Assembly (NCBI GenBank): GCA_017531925.1
Contig: JAFXKD010000005.1
Span: 10,817-74,816 of the forward strand
Reading direction: 5' to 3'
DNA: 64,000 nucleotides
Source: Clostridia bacterium
GTDB lineage: Bacteria; Bacillota; Clostridia; Oscillospirales; CAG-272
Shown: piece after piece, positions 27,335-35,492 of the stretch
Layout of the letters: each line of letters starts with the position of its first letter
Position numbering within the stretch: position 1 is the stretch's first letter
Notes under the pieces: model-generated
What the model saw: only the letters and a program-made list of their open reading frames with translations
Databases searched by the model: none
Told to the model about the DNA's origin: nothing
Translations under genes and position numbers: made by a program

Positions 27335-28297
27335 TTATTCAAATAATTTTCCCTGCCACATATTGTAGGTGTAAAGATATTTATCGATATCGTTGATGAC
27401 CGTTACCTTTTTGCGCGACCATTCGGGCGCGAGCAGATCCTCAAAGGCGCCGTCGCCGGTCAATCGGGCAATGACCGTATCCTTATGAAAATACTGCAAA
27501 GCCGTTGCCGTAAGCTCGATGTAGCGTTCGCGCTCAAGAGGGGTATATTCCCCACTTTCGTACCATTTTGCAAGCTCTGTGTCGCGAATAACGTGCAAAA
27601 GATGTATTTTTACCATATCGGGCAGGAGCTTTCCCACCACCTTGGCAGTTTGAAGCATCATCTCATCGGTTTCATTCGGAAGTCCGAAAATGATATGCAC
27701 GCAGATCCTTATATTAGGATTTGCCCTTCTTAATTTTTCATATCCTTCCACAAATTGCGCAAAGGTATGTCCCCTGTTTATCAGCTCCGCAATACCGTCG
27801 TGAACGGTCTGAAGCCCCAATTCCACGGTAAGATCCACCCTATCCGCAAGCTCTGAAAGATACTCCACTACGTCATCGGGAAGGCAATCCGCCCTCGTTG
27901 CCACGTTCATCGCCACAACGCCATCACAAAGCAGAGCCGCCTCAAATTTTTCCTTTATTTTATCAAGTGGCGCGTAGGTGTTCGTCCTCGCCTGAAAATA
28001 CGGAATAGTGCGTTCGGTTGTCCACTTTTTCGAGAGCTTTTGACGAGTAAGCTCAAATTGCTCAGCAATGGAAAGAGTGGCACTCTCCGCGAAATCTCCG
28101 CTTCCTCTTGATGAGCAGTATATACAGCCGCCAATGCCGCATCTTCCGTCCATATTGGGACAGGAAAAACCCGCATCAAGCGGAATTTTGGCGCATTTTC
28201 CGCCGTATGTTTTCTTTAAAAAATAGTCGTAGGTATAATATCTTTTATTGCTATCGCTATTTTCAAAGGGATTTATTTGCGATTGCTTGATCTTCAT
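27335..28297 (-). CDS. Radical SAM protein, TIGR01212 (YhcC/YtqA-like) family
   Basis: Cys cluster CPNMDGRCGIGGCIYCS. Length about 320 aa. The ATG overlaps the pfk stop (ATGA). Confidence 0.88.
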   Translation of the reverse strand: MKIKQSQINPFENSDSNKRYYTYDYFLKKTYGGKCAKIPLDAGFSCPNMDGRCGIGGCIYCSSRGSGDFAESATLSIAEQFELTRQKLSKKWTTERTIPYFQARTNTYAPLDKIKEKFEAALLCDGVVAMNVATRADCLPDDVVEYLSELADRVDLTVELGLQTVHDGIAELINRGHTFAQFVEGYEKLRRANPNIRICVHIIFGLPNETDEMMLQTAKVVGKLLPDMVKIHLLHVIRDTELAKWYESGEYTPLERERYIELTATALQYFHKDTVIARLTGDGAFEDLLAPEWSRKKVTVINDIDKYLYTYNMWQGKLFE

Positions 28298-29532
28298 ATA
28301 ATTATATGCTTGGGGATACCGTTTTCGTATTTTATATCAAGCTCGCCCTGGATAAGGGGCAGAAGATAGCGCGCACATTCGTCCGTTATATGATTTCCGC
28401 GCTCGTTGATAAATTCCGCGGGCACGTGCTTGACCTTATTTGCGATCTCACTTACGTCGCGGTGTGATATTTCAACCTCATATGGCTCTGTGCTGACTCT
28501 TTCAATAGTCATCATCTGTCTCGTTACGCCCTCGCTCGCCGCCTTAACCACCGCGCGTCCGACACGCACGGACTCCTCTATATCCACCCTTGAAGCGATA
28601 TGGGATGCGCATCTCTGTACGATATTCAGCTCAACCGAGCGCACCTTACAGCCAAGCTCAGCCTTGATCGCATATTCAAGGGCCTTGCCCGTACCCGAAA
28701 GCTGCTTATGACCGAAAACGTCCGTAGAGGCAATACCAAAGCCCTCGCAGACGTAAGTGCCGTCGGCGAATCTTATTCCCTCGCTTACCGCAACAACAAC
28801 GTTGGGCTTTTTATCAAGAAGGGCACGGAGATCCTCAAAGAACTCCTCCTTATTGAATGCCCTCTCGGGAAGGTAGATAAGGTCGGGAGTCTCGCCGCCA
28901 AATGCCCTTGGAATACCCGCAGAAGCCGTGAGCCAGCCCGCGTCACGTCCCATTATCTCAATAACCGTAACCGCCTTGGTCTTATATACCGCGCAGTCGC
29001 GGATACACTCTGTAACGGTAGTTGCGATATATTTAGCCGCGGATGCGAAGCCCGGGGTGTGATCTGTTACAACAAGGTCATTATCGATGGTTTTGGGAAC
29101 TCCGATCACTCTCATTTCGTAATCGCACTCCCTTGTGTATTCGGAGAGCTTTGCAACGGTATCCATAGAATCGTTGCCGCCAATGTAGAAAAAGTATCTT
29201 ATATCGTATTTTTTGAATATCTCGATAAGCTTTTCGTAGGTCTCCCTGCCCTCGTCTATTTTCGGGAGCTTCTTTCGGCACGAGCCGAGAGCCGCCGCGG
29301 GCGTTTGCTCAAGGATCTTTATTTTGTCAGCATCCGCAAAAAGCTCGGAAAGATTAACGATATCCTCTTTGAGCAGCCCTTCGACACCGTTTCTCATTCC
29401 GTAAAGCGTGGGAATGGCGCTGTTATGCACGTTTTCAAGAACACCGCGTATAACTCCCGCAAGCGTTGCGTTTATTGCCGCAGTCGGTCCGCCCGACTGC
29501 CCTACTATTGCGTTGCCTATAAGCTTATCCAT
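28294..29532 (-). CDS. 6-phosphofructokinase, probably PPi-dependent (diphosphate--fructose-6-phosphate 1-phosphotransferase type)
   Basis: GQSGGPTAAINA, YIGGNDSMDT, GVPKTIDNDL, MGRDAGWL. The Asp in GGND and the Lys in PKTIDND match the residue pair associated with PPi rather than ATP use. Confidence 0.85.
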   Translation of the reverse strand: MDKLIGNAIVGQSGGPTAAINATLAGVIRGVLENVHNSAIPTLYGMRNGVEGLLKEDIVNLSELFADADKIKILEQTPAAALGSCRKKLPKIDEGRETYEKLIEIFKKYDIRYFFYIGGNDSMDTVAKLSEYTRECDYEMRVIGVPKTIDNDLVVTDHTPGFASAAKYIATTVTECIRDCAVYKTKAVTVIEIMGRDAGWLTASAGIPRAFGGETPDLIYLPERAFNKEEFFEDLRALLDKKPNVVVAVSEGIRFADGTYVCEGFGIASTDVFGHKQLSGTGKALEYAIKAELGCKVRSVELNIVQRCASHIASRVDIEESVRVGRAVVKAASEGVTRQMMTIERVSTEPYEVEISHRDVSEIANKVKHVPAEFINERGNHITDECARYLLPLIQGELDIKYENGIPKHIII

Positions 29533-29565
29533 AAATAATACCTCGTAATTGATATAATAAATCGC

Positions 29566-30483
29566 TTATTTCAAAAATCCGTTTACGATCTGCTCCTCAG
29601 CCTCCTGCTCGGTAAGTCCCAAGGTCATAAGCTTGATTATTTGCTCACCTGCGATCTTACCGATGGCAGCCTCGTGAATAAGGCTTGCATTGATATCGTT
29701 TGCGGTAATTTCGGGGATAGCGCGAACGGACGCGTTATCCATTATGATTGCGTCGCACTCGGTATGACCGTAGCACTCGGCATTACCGTTGATCTTTGAT
29801 AAGAAGGTCTGCGTTGAGGTGTCCTTTGCAACGGAACGGGAGATAACGTTCGTGCTTGATCCCTCACCGTTAAGATCAACGTTGAATACGGTCTCCGCGT
29901 GCTGACTGCCGTGTGTCATGATCTTCTCTTTTACAATGAGTGTGGCATCCTTGCCGAGAACTGCGTTTGTATTGCGGATGGTAGAGTCTATACCCTTTAT
30001 CTGAGTGGTCTCCATTTCAAGATATCCGCCCTCATCGATCTCTATGACGGTGGTTGGGTTCATTATGTTCTCGCCCGTTCCCTCCTCCTCGCCGTAGTGA
30101 CGCTCAACGTAGCGAACGCGCGCGCCCTTTCCAACGTGGAAGCTGTGAATACCGTCGTGCGCGGAGTCCTGATCGCCGCAGTTGTGGATTCCACAGCCTG
30201 CGATAATGGTTACGTCCGCATCATCTCCGATATAGAAATCGTTGTAAACCATATCCTTAAGTCCGCTCTCGCTGATGATTACGGGAATATGGATGCTCTC
30301 TCTTTTAGTGCCGGGCTTAACGATGATATCTATGCCGGGCTTGTCCGCCTTTGAAACTATATCGATATTGGCGGTGGTCTTTCTTCCTGCCGCTGAGCCG
30401 TTTTCACGGATGTTATATGCTCCCTCGGGAACTGTGTGAAGGTCGGCGACCTGCATAAGTAAATTCTTTTTTATCTGATCCAT
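29566..30483 (-). CDS. SufB/SufD-family Fe-S cluster assembly protein
   Basis: Beta-helix-type repeats, with a C-terminal ...EAAIGKIAGEQIIKLMTLGLTEQEAEEQIVNGFL typical of SufB/D. Directly follows sufC. Confidence 0.85.
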   Translation of the reverse strand: MDQIKKNLLMQVADLHTVPEGAYNIRENGSAAGRKTTANIDIVSKADKPGIDIIVKPGTKRESIHIPVIISESGLKDMVYNDFYIGDDADVTIIAGCGIHNCGDQDSAHDGIHSFHVGKGARVRYVERHYGEEEGTGENIMNPTTVIEIDEGGYLEMETTQIKGIDSTIRNTNAVLGKDATLIVKEKIMTHGSQHAETVFNVDLNGEGSSTNVISRSVAKDTSTQTFLSKINGNAECYGHTECDAIIMDNASVRAIPEITANDINASLIHEAAIGKIAGEQIIKLMTLGLTEQEAEEQIVNGFLK

Positions 30484-30494
30484 AGCCGCCTCCT

Positions 30495-31220
30495 TTAAAT
30501 GTTTTCCGTAAGCACCGAGCAGGGTGCGCCCGATCCGAGAACTGAGGGCATGATCTCATCCTTCGTTCCGCTCTCGCGGATCTCCCCGTCGGCAATTACG
30601 ATAATCCTGTCCGCAATATTCAAAATCCTCTCCTGGTGGGAGATAATGAGGATTGAACCCTGCGTTTTTTCGTGCATTCTCTCGAACACCTTGATAAGAT
30701 TGTTAAAGCTCCAGAGGTCGATGCCCGCCTCGGGCTCGTCGAAAACTGAGAGCTTTGTGCTTCTCGCGATGATGAGCGCGATCTCGATCCTCTTAAGCTC
30801 ACCGCCCGAAAGAGATGCGTTGACCTCACGGTTTATATAGTCTCTTGCGCAAAGTCCGACCTCGGAAAGATAGTTGCATGCCTCTGCCACACTGATGGGC
30901 TTGCCTGCGGCAAGCGTTATAAGATCCTTAACGGTAAGTCCCTTAAATCGTACGGGCTGCTGGAACGCAAAGCTTATTCCTTTCTTGGCTCTTTCGGTTA
31001 TTGACAGTTCGGTTATATCCTCACCGTCAAATAATATCTGACCGCCCGTGGGCTGATAAATACCCGCTATTATTTTTGCAAGAGTGGATTTTCCCCCTCC
31101 GTTCGGACCGGTGATAGCCACAAAGCGCTCGTCTATTTTAAGATCGATATTTTTGAGTATTGCCTTGTCCTCGCCGTTCTCATCCTTGACAACGTAGGAC
31201 ACATTTTTAAGCTCAAGCAT
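30495..31220 (-). CDS. sufC: Fe-S cluster assembly ATPase SufC
   Basis: Walker A GPNGGGKST, signature LSGGELKRIE, Walker B VFDEPEAGID, H-loop IISHQ. No TMD. Confidence 0.88.
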   Translation of the reverse strand: MLELKNVSYVVKDENGEDKAILKNIDLKIDERFVAITGPNGGGKSTLAKIIAGIYQPTGGQILFDGEDITELSITERAKKGISFAFQQPVRFKGLTVKDLITLAAGKPISVAEACNYLSEVGLCARDYINREVNASLSGGELKRIEIALIIARSTKLSVFDEPEAGIDLWSFNNLIKVFERMHEKTQGSILIISHQERILNIADRIIVIADGEIRESGTKDEIMPSVLGSGAPCSVLTENI

Positions 31221-31422
31221 TAAATTGCTCCTTTCAAATGGTATATATATAGTAAATTATTAACTTAATTTGCATTATTTTGCATTTTAACAATATATTA
31301 TATCATAAAAATGAGGCTTTGTCTATATTTTTTATTATAATGAACTTTATTAATTTTCAACAAAAATAAATAGTAATAATTATCATTATTACATAAAATT
31401 TGGTTTTTTATTAACGAAGTAT

Positions 31423-31450
31423 TGACATTTAATGACTTTTTTGATATAAT
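31423..31450 (+). promoter_or_regulatory. Sigma-A type promoter with extended -10 for the small lipoprotein gene
   Basis: TTGACA (31423-31428), a 16-nt spacer, then TGATATAAT (31442-31450). Confidence 0.55.
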
Positions 31451-31511
31451 ATGCACATAGATGTGGGATATGGAAGCCCACTATCAAATATGATTTAAGG
31501 AGAATTTAACT

Positions 31512-31895
31512 ATGAAAAAGACAATTAAACTCGTTGCAGTAGTAATGGTTATTGCTATGCTCGCTCTTTCACTCGTTGCTTGCGGAAAGTCCCTTAGCGG
31601 CAAATACACCGCAGAGGCAAACTGGGGTCTCGGTCAGACAACCTACACATACGACTTTACAATGGGTGGCAAGGTTACAAGAACAACAACTACAGATACT
31701 CTCTTTGGCGATCCTGAAACAAAGACTGCTGAAGGTAAGTACGAGATAATGGAAGACAATGAAAACCCCGATAAGTATGTTATCGCATTTGAGTTCCCCG
31801 AGGAAGACAGAGTTACTTATTCCTACTCCGAGGGTAACATTGACGGTGAAAAGGTTATCATCATCAACGGCACAACATTTACAAAGGTAAAATAA
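31512..31895 (+). CDS. Small lipoprotein of unknown function
   Basis: AAGGAGA SD. Signal peptide with lipobox SLVAC. Confidence 0.75.
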   Translation: MKKTIKLVAVVMVIAMLALSLVACGKSLSGKYTAEANWGLGQTTYTYDFTMGGKVTRTTTTDTLFGDPETKTAEGKYEIMEDNENPDKYVIAFEFPEEDRVTYSYSEGNIDGEKVIIINGTTFTKVK

Positions 31896-31905
31896 TTCAA
31901 TTATT

Positions 31906-31940
31906 AAAAATCCGAGAGGCAATTGCCTCTCGGTTTTTTT
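31906..31940. terminator. Strong bidirectional terminator shared by the lipoprotein gene and the metY-metA-TIR-membrane protein transcription unit
   Basis: ccgagaggc / gcctctcgg is a perfect 9-bp stem with aatt loop. It is flanked by AAAAAT and TTTTTTT. Confidence 0.85.
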
Positions 31941-34116
31941 ATTGCTTTTCAATTATTTCGTATCCGTTTGAGGTGAGGAGCCAGTATGCGTCGTCAAGTA
32001 TCTGATAATCGTATTTGATAACGTCCGTATCGAGCATACTCACTCCGTCGCGCTCTGCTACCATCCTTGCAAATTCCTCAAGTCCCTCAAACGTTGTGAT
32101 ATTTCCGTGTCTGCGAACGGAGTACATCTTTCCGTTCGTATATCTCTTTTTGTCATCGGTGCGCTCATTAAGTATCTGATCCTTAGTGGACGGCACCATT
32201 CCCTTGCTGAGCATAAAGGAGTTCCATCTGTGATGCTCAAGCACCGCCATATTTCTTCTGCGCGATATTGGGAAATCCAATGAATAACGCGCAACGGGCT
32301 TGCCCGTAATGCTGCAATCCTCAAAGCTCGGCATATCACCCGCTCCGTAAAGGGAAAGGTATTGCTCCCTTGTGAGAGGCTTTACTCCCTGTATTCCCTT
32401 TTCGCAGTAATCAAGCCCCATAAGGTGAAGCTTGGAGCGAAGGCTCAGGCAACAATAAATATTTGATTCCCTTTCGAGCAGGGATTTTTTTACGTACCAA
32501 TTCTTATCCGATGCTTTCTTGCATCCTTCAACGAAGGCTGCATCGATATTTGCGCCCTTTGAATGACTTATCTCATATTCAAGATCGTATATCTCGTTTC
32601 TCTTGCGAGCCATATCGGATATTTTGTCGTTAACTATTTTATCTATATTATAGACGACCTCTTTTTCGTTTCCAATAAATATGCAGCTCTCTGCATCAAG
32701 CGGTATCTGCTTATCCGTGTGATCGCTTGCCTTTACGAATACCGTAAGAGCGCCTTCATCCCATTCCTTGCTCTTCCCGGATAGCTTTGCGGCAATATCG
32801 ATATTTTCAAGATCGTCTCTTACAGCAACCACGGCAATATTCACCGCGTTCCTGCTTGATCTCAACGTCTCTCTTACCGCACTGTAAAAATCGGGCGAGT
32901 TATAATCAAGACAATAGTATCTCTCAATTGCGGGCGCGCTTGGAAGCGGCAGATATTCTGAGCTGTCGGCATTTATAAATTCATTTTCAAATCTGTAATA
33001 GCCGTGATTGAGCATCTTGCTCATTTTAGGATCTTCCTTATCAAAAATGTGATAAGTGATCTGCTTTGGCTCAGGTCTCTCAGACGTTCCGCAGAGCAGC
33101 TGATTATTTGCAATAGAGGTAAGGAAGATCTGCCTGTTTGTCCTTCCAAAGCCTACAAGGAACACGTTGATATCAACGTCATCATTTACAAGAGAGGTTG
33201 AATGATCGACCTGCTCCTTCGTCAAGAAGCGGCTTATCGGATATTTATCAACAAAGTCTATTGCCACCATTCTGTGCTTGCTGAGATAGTGCATACATCC
33301 GTAGCCCCTTTTTATAATATCCTCGTATATGCTTTCGTATTCCGTGTCACCGAAAGCGTAAATATCAAGACGGGAGAAAAGCTCCTCGCGCTGTGCGTCG
33401 TTCAGTGCTGCAAGCTCACACGCAAAGCTATTGCAGATCGCAATATTTTTATCGTCATCACCGGTATTTATCACCGCAATTCCGCTGCACTTCTTCTTAA
33501 GGACATCCTTAATAAGCTTTGCGGCAAATTTTTCGGGTGCGGACGTGGGGGCGTATCTGATATTGTTTAGATACAGCTCCTCTCTTTGCTTGCTGCCAAT
33601 ATCGTCCACGAGAATTTTAAAGCGTTTTTTATCGCTATTATAGATATTTACGCTCTGTCCGTTTGCTCCGAAAATATAGAGCTTATCCTTTTTGGTGACG
33701 TTTCCGATAAATCTCTGATATCTCTCCCAAAGATGCTGGTTGAATATCGATACCGCAAACATAAAGGCGTTTACGGTCACCACTATAAAGCAGAGATAGA
33801 CCGTTAATCGGAAAAGGTAGCTATCGTTCATAAGAAGCTTTATTCCGTCAGTTTCGTATTCGAGAGTCACAAGTGCTTTGATCTCGTTTACCGTGCTGAA
33901 GAACGCTTCTAAAATACCCTCGCCCACATAGGTATGCGCTACGTAATAGAGCGGAAAGGCGGTCGCGTAAATTATTGCAAACTTACCCTTTTTAAAGCCC
34001 CTTATGAAGGATATTCTGTCACCTCTGCCGGAAAAGGCAATTGCTGCGACGGATGCAGCTATCTCCAATATGATCAGTATAAGGCACGCAAGCGTTACTG
34101 CATTTACTAACAGCAT
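31939..34116 (-). CDS. 725-aa membrane protein: three N-terminal TM helices, two Rossmann-like (KTN/TrkA-N-like) modules, and two C-terminal RyR-like repeats
   Basis: ATG at 34116 follows GGAGGAAG. Hydrophobic helices at about aa 4-27, 44-62 and 100-125. Beta-alpha-beta starts KLYIFGANGQSV (aa 145) and INVFLVGFGRTNRQ (aa 316). W540..LERESN..LRSKLHLMGL and LEHHRWNSFMLSKGM...RRHGNITTFEGLEEF resemble bacterial RyR-domain motifs as I remember them. Confidence 0.85.
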   Translation of the reverse strand: MLLVNAVTLACLILIILEIAASVAAIAFSGRGDRISFIRGFKKGKFAIIYATAFPLYYVAHTYVGEGILEAFFSTVNEIKALVTLEYETDGIKLLMNDSYLFRLTVYLCFIVVTVNAFMFAVSIFNQHLWERYQRFIGNVTKKDKLYIFGANGQSVNIYNSDKKRFKILVDDIGSKQREELYLNNIRYAPTSAPEKFAAKLIKDVLKKKCSGIAVINTGDDDKNIAICNSFACELAALNDAQREELFSRLDIYAFGDTEYESIYEDIIKRGYGCMHYLSKHRMVAIDFVDKYPISRFLTKEQVDHSTSLVNDDVDINVFLVGFGRTNRQIFLTSIANNQLLCGTSERPEPKQITYHIFDKEDPKMSKMLNHGYYRFENEFINADSSEYLPLPSAPAIERYYCLDYNSPDFYSAVRETLRSSRNAVNIAVVAVRDDLENIDIAAKLSGKSKEWDEGALTVFVKASDHTDKQIPLDAESCIFIGNEKEVVYNIDKIVNDKISDMARKRNEIYDLEYEISHSKGANIDAAFVEGCKKASDKNWYVKKSLLERESNIYCCLSLRSKLHLMGLDYCEKGIQGVKPLTREQYLSLYGAGDMPSFEDCSITGKPVARYSLDFPISRRRNMAVLEHHRWNSFMLSKGMVPSTKDQILNERTDDKKRYTNGKMYSVRRHGNITTFEGLEEFARMVAERDGVSMLDTDVIKYDYQILDDAYWLLTSNGYEIIEKQ

Positions 34117-34128
34117 AAGACTTCCTCC

Positions 34129-35484
34129 CTATTTCTTTTGCGCTATTCCGACGAAATCTATCTCGCAATACCAGAAATTATCCTCTGAAAACTTATTTTC
34201 AAGACATTCGAGAGCATAATCCATAAGCTCAAGATTATTTCTGCTCTCCATATTGTGAGGATTTCTGTCATATATCTGCTTAAGATAATTTCTCCTGTAA
34301 GCAAATCTCTCCTCAAAGATATCCGCTCTCTCATCTATGTTAAGGCCGGATATCTCCTTTATGTAGTTCATCATTTTTACATTTTTATATCCCGAGCCGA
34401 GAAGCTGGGAGTATATCTTTCGTCCGTTAAAGCGGTCGGATATTCCCTCGGTCGAGGTATGAAGATCTATTATCTTCTGAACGAGTCCGTCATCGTTTAC
34501 GGCAATCGTAGAGCCGTCATCCGAGCCGCGGATGATTATATATCCGTCACGGGAGAGGAATTTTCTTATCCTCTTCAAGAACTTATTGGGGTTCGTCAGG
34601 TGGTGGATAACAAGGGACGCAAAGATTATATCGAAGCACTCGATATCGTACTTTTCCATCAGCGCGGTAAGATTATCCTCGAGGTTTTCGTCCTCAAGGT
34701 TCAGCTGCTCGTATGCAAAGTTTTCAGGGCAGTTCTTTTCCCTTGCGTATTCAAGGCATTTTTCGTTAAAATCGACGCCAAGAACGAACGAATCGGGGAT
34801 ATTCTCAAATCTGTCCTTAGTTACATAGCCGTATGCACATCCCGCGTCAAGGATCTTGATATTATCCTTTTTGATCCTTTCAAGCACGTATTCGATAGCG
34901 GGCATATCCGCAGCTCTCGTATTCTGTGACTGAATCTTAAGTCGCGTAAACTCCCTGCCGTAATTTGCCTTATAGGTCGAAGCGGTCTTGCCTGTCGATA
35001 AGGACCTTTTATACGTACGCTCCTCGCTGTGCGCGCTGTTGTTTTTCAAACAGTTTGCGGCAAACTGCGTTACCGTGCTTACGGGGGTGGAATTGTAGTC
35101 AAATATCTCGTATCCGCGAAGACTTCTCGGTACCTCGGACGAAGTGCTGTTCACGATATAAGGAATGATGCAGGCATTTTTCTTTCTGCCCGAAAGTATG
35201 TCATCGTGGAAGGATTCCCTTTCATAGCTCAGCCATTCGGTATCAAGATATGCAAGGTCGCTTGCGATGATTATAAGAACTCTCGCCTCGTCAAGTGCCT
35301 GCTCAATGGATCTCTTGTACGTTGCCGCGCCAAGCTCAAGAAGCTTAACGTTGCTGTAAAAGGCAGAGATTCCCATCCTATTGAACTCCGAATACATCTG
35401 CTCCGCAACGCGGACATCCTCAGTCTGATTGCCGTCAAATCCGGAATTTTTGAAAGATATGAACACGTCGAAATGATTATCCAT
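34129..35484 (-). CDS. TIR domain - class I SAM-dependent methyltransferase fusion protein (451 aa)
   Basis: TIR region: DVFISF at aa 6, GISAFYS, ARVLIIIASD, and W84-LSY-E88 at the catalytic Glu position. MTase region: motif I ILDAGCAYG (aa 211-219), VLGVDFN, FDIIFASLVIHHL, LSRDGYIIIRG. ATG at 35484 follows GGAGG. Confidence 0.85.
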   Translation of the reverse strand: MDNHFDVFISFKNSGFDGNQTEDVRVAEQMYSEFNRMGISAFYSNVKLLELGAATYKRSIEQALDEARVLIIIASDLAYLDTEWLSYERESFHDDILSGRKKNACIIPYIVNSTSSEVPRSLRGYEIFDYNSTPVSTVTQFAANCLKNNSAHSEERTYKRSLSTGKTASTYKANYGREFTRLKIQSQNTRAADMPAIEYVLERIKKDNIKILDAGCAYGYVTKDRFENIPDSFVLGVDFNEKCLEYAREKNCPENFAYEQLNLEDENLEDNLTALMEKYDIECFDIIFASLVIHHLTNPNKFLKRIRKFLSRDGYIIIRGSDDGSTIAVNDDGLVQKIIDLHTSTEGISDRFNGRKIYSQLLGSGYKNVKMMNYIKEISGLNIDERADIFEERFAYRRNYLKQIYDRNPHNMESRNNLELMDYALECLENKFSEDNFWYCEIDFVGIAQKK

Positions 35485-35492
35485 AATTCCTC

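Noticed and set aside
27037-27396. Four overlapping ORFs of 68-119 aa in several frames and on both strands (27037-27396, 27081-27368, 27086-27346, 27057-27263).
   Set aside because: They are mutually exclusive, lack SD sequences, have Phe/Arg/Lys-rich low-complexity translations, and span a terminator. I treated the region as non-coding structured DNA instead.
31221-31511. A 290-nt, very AT-rich intergenic region examined for an ncRNA or riboswitch upstream of sufC.
   Set aside because: I could identify only promoter-like elements (31423-31450 for the plus-strand lipoprotein gene), with no stable conserved-looking structure. It is probably a divergent promoter region.
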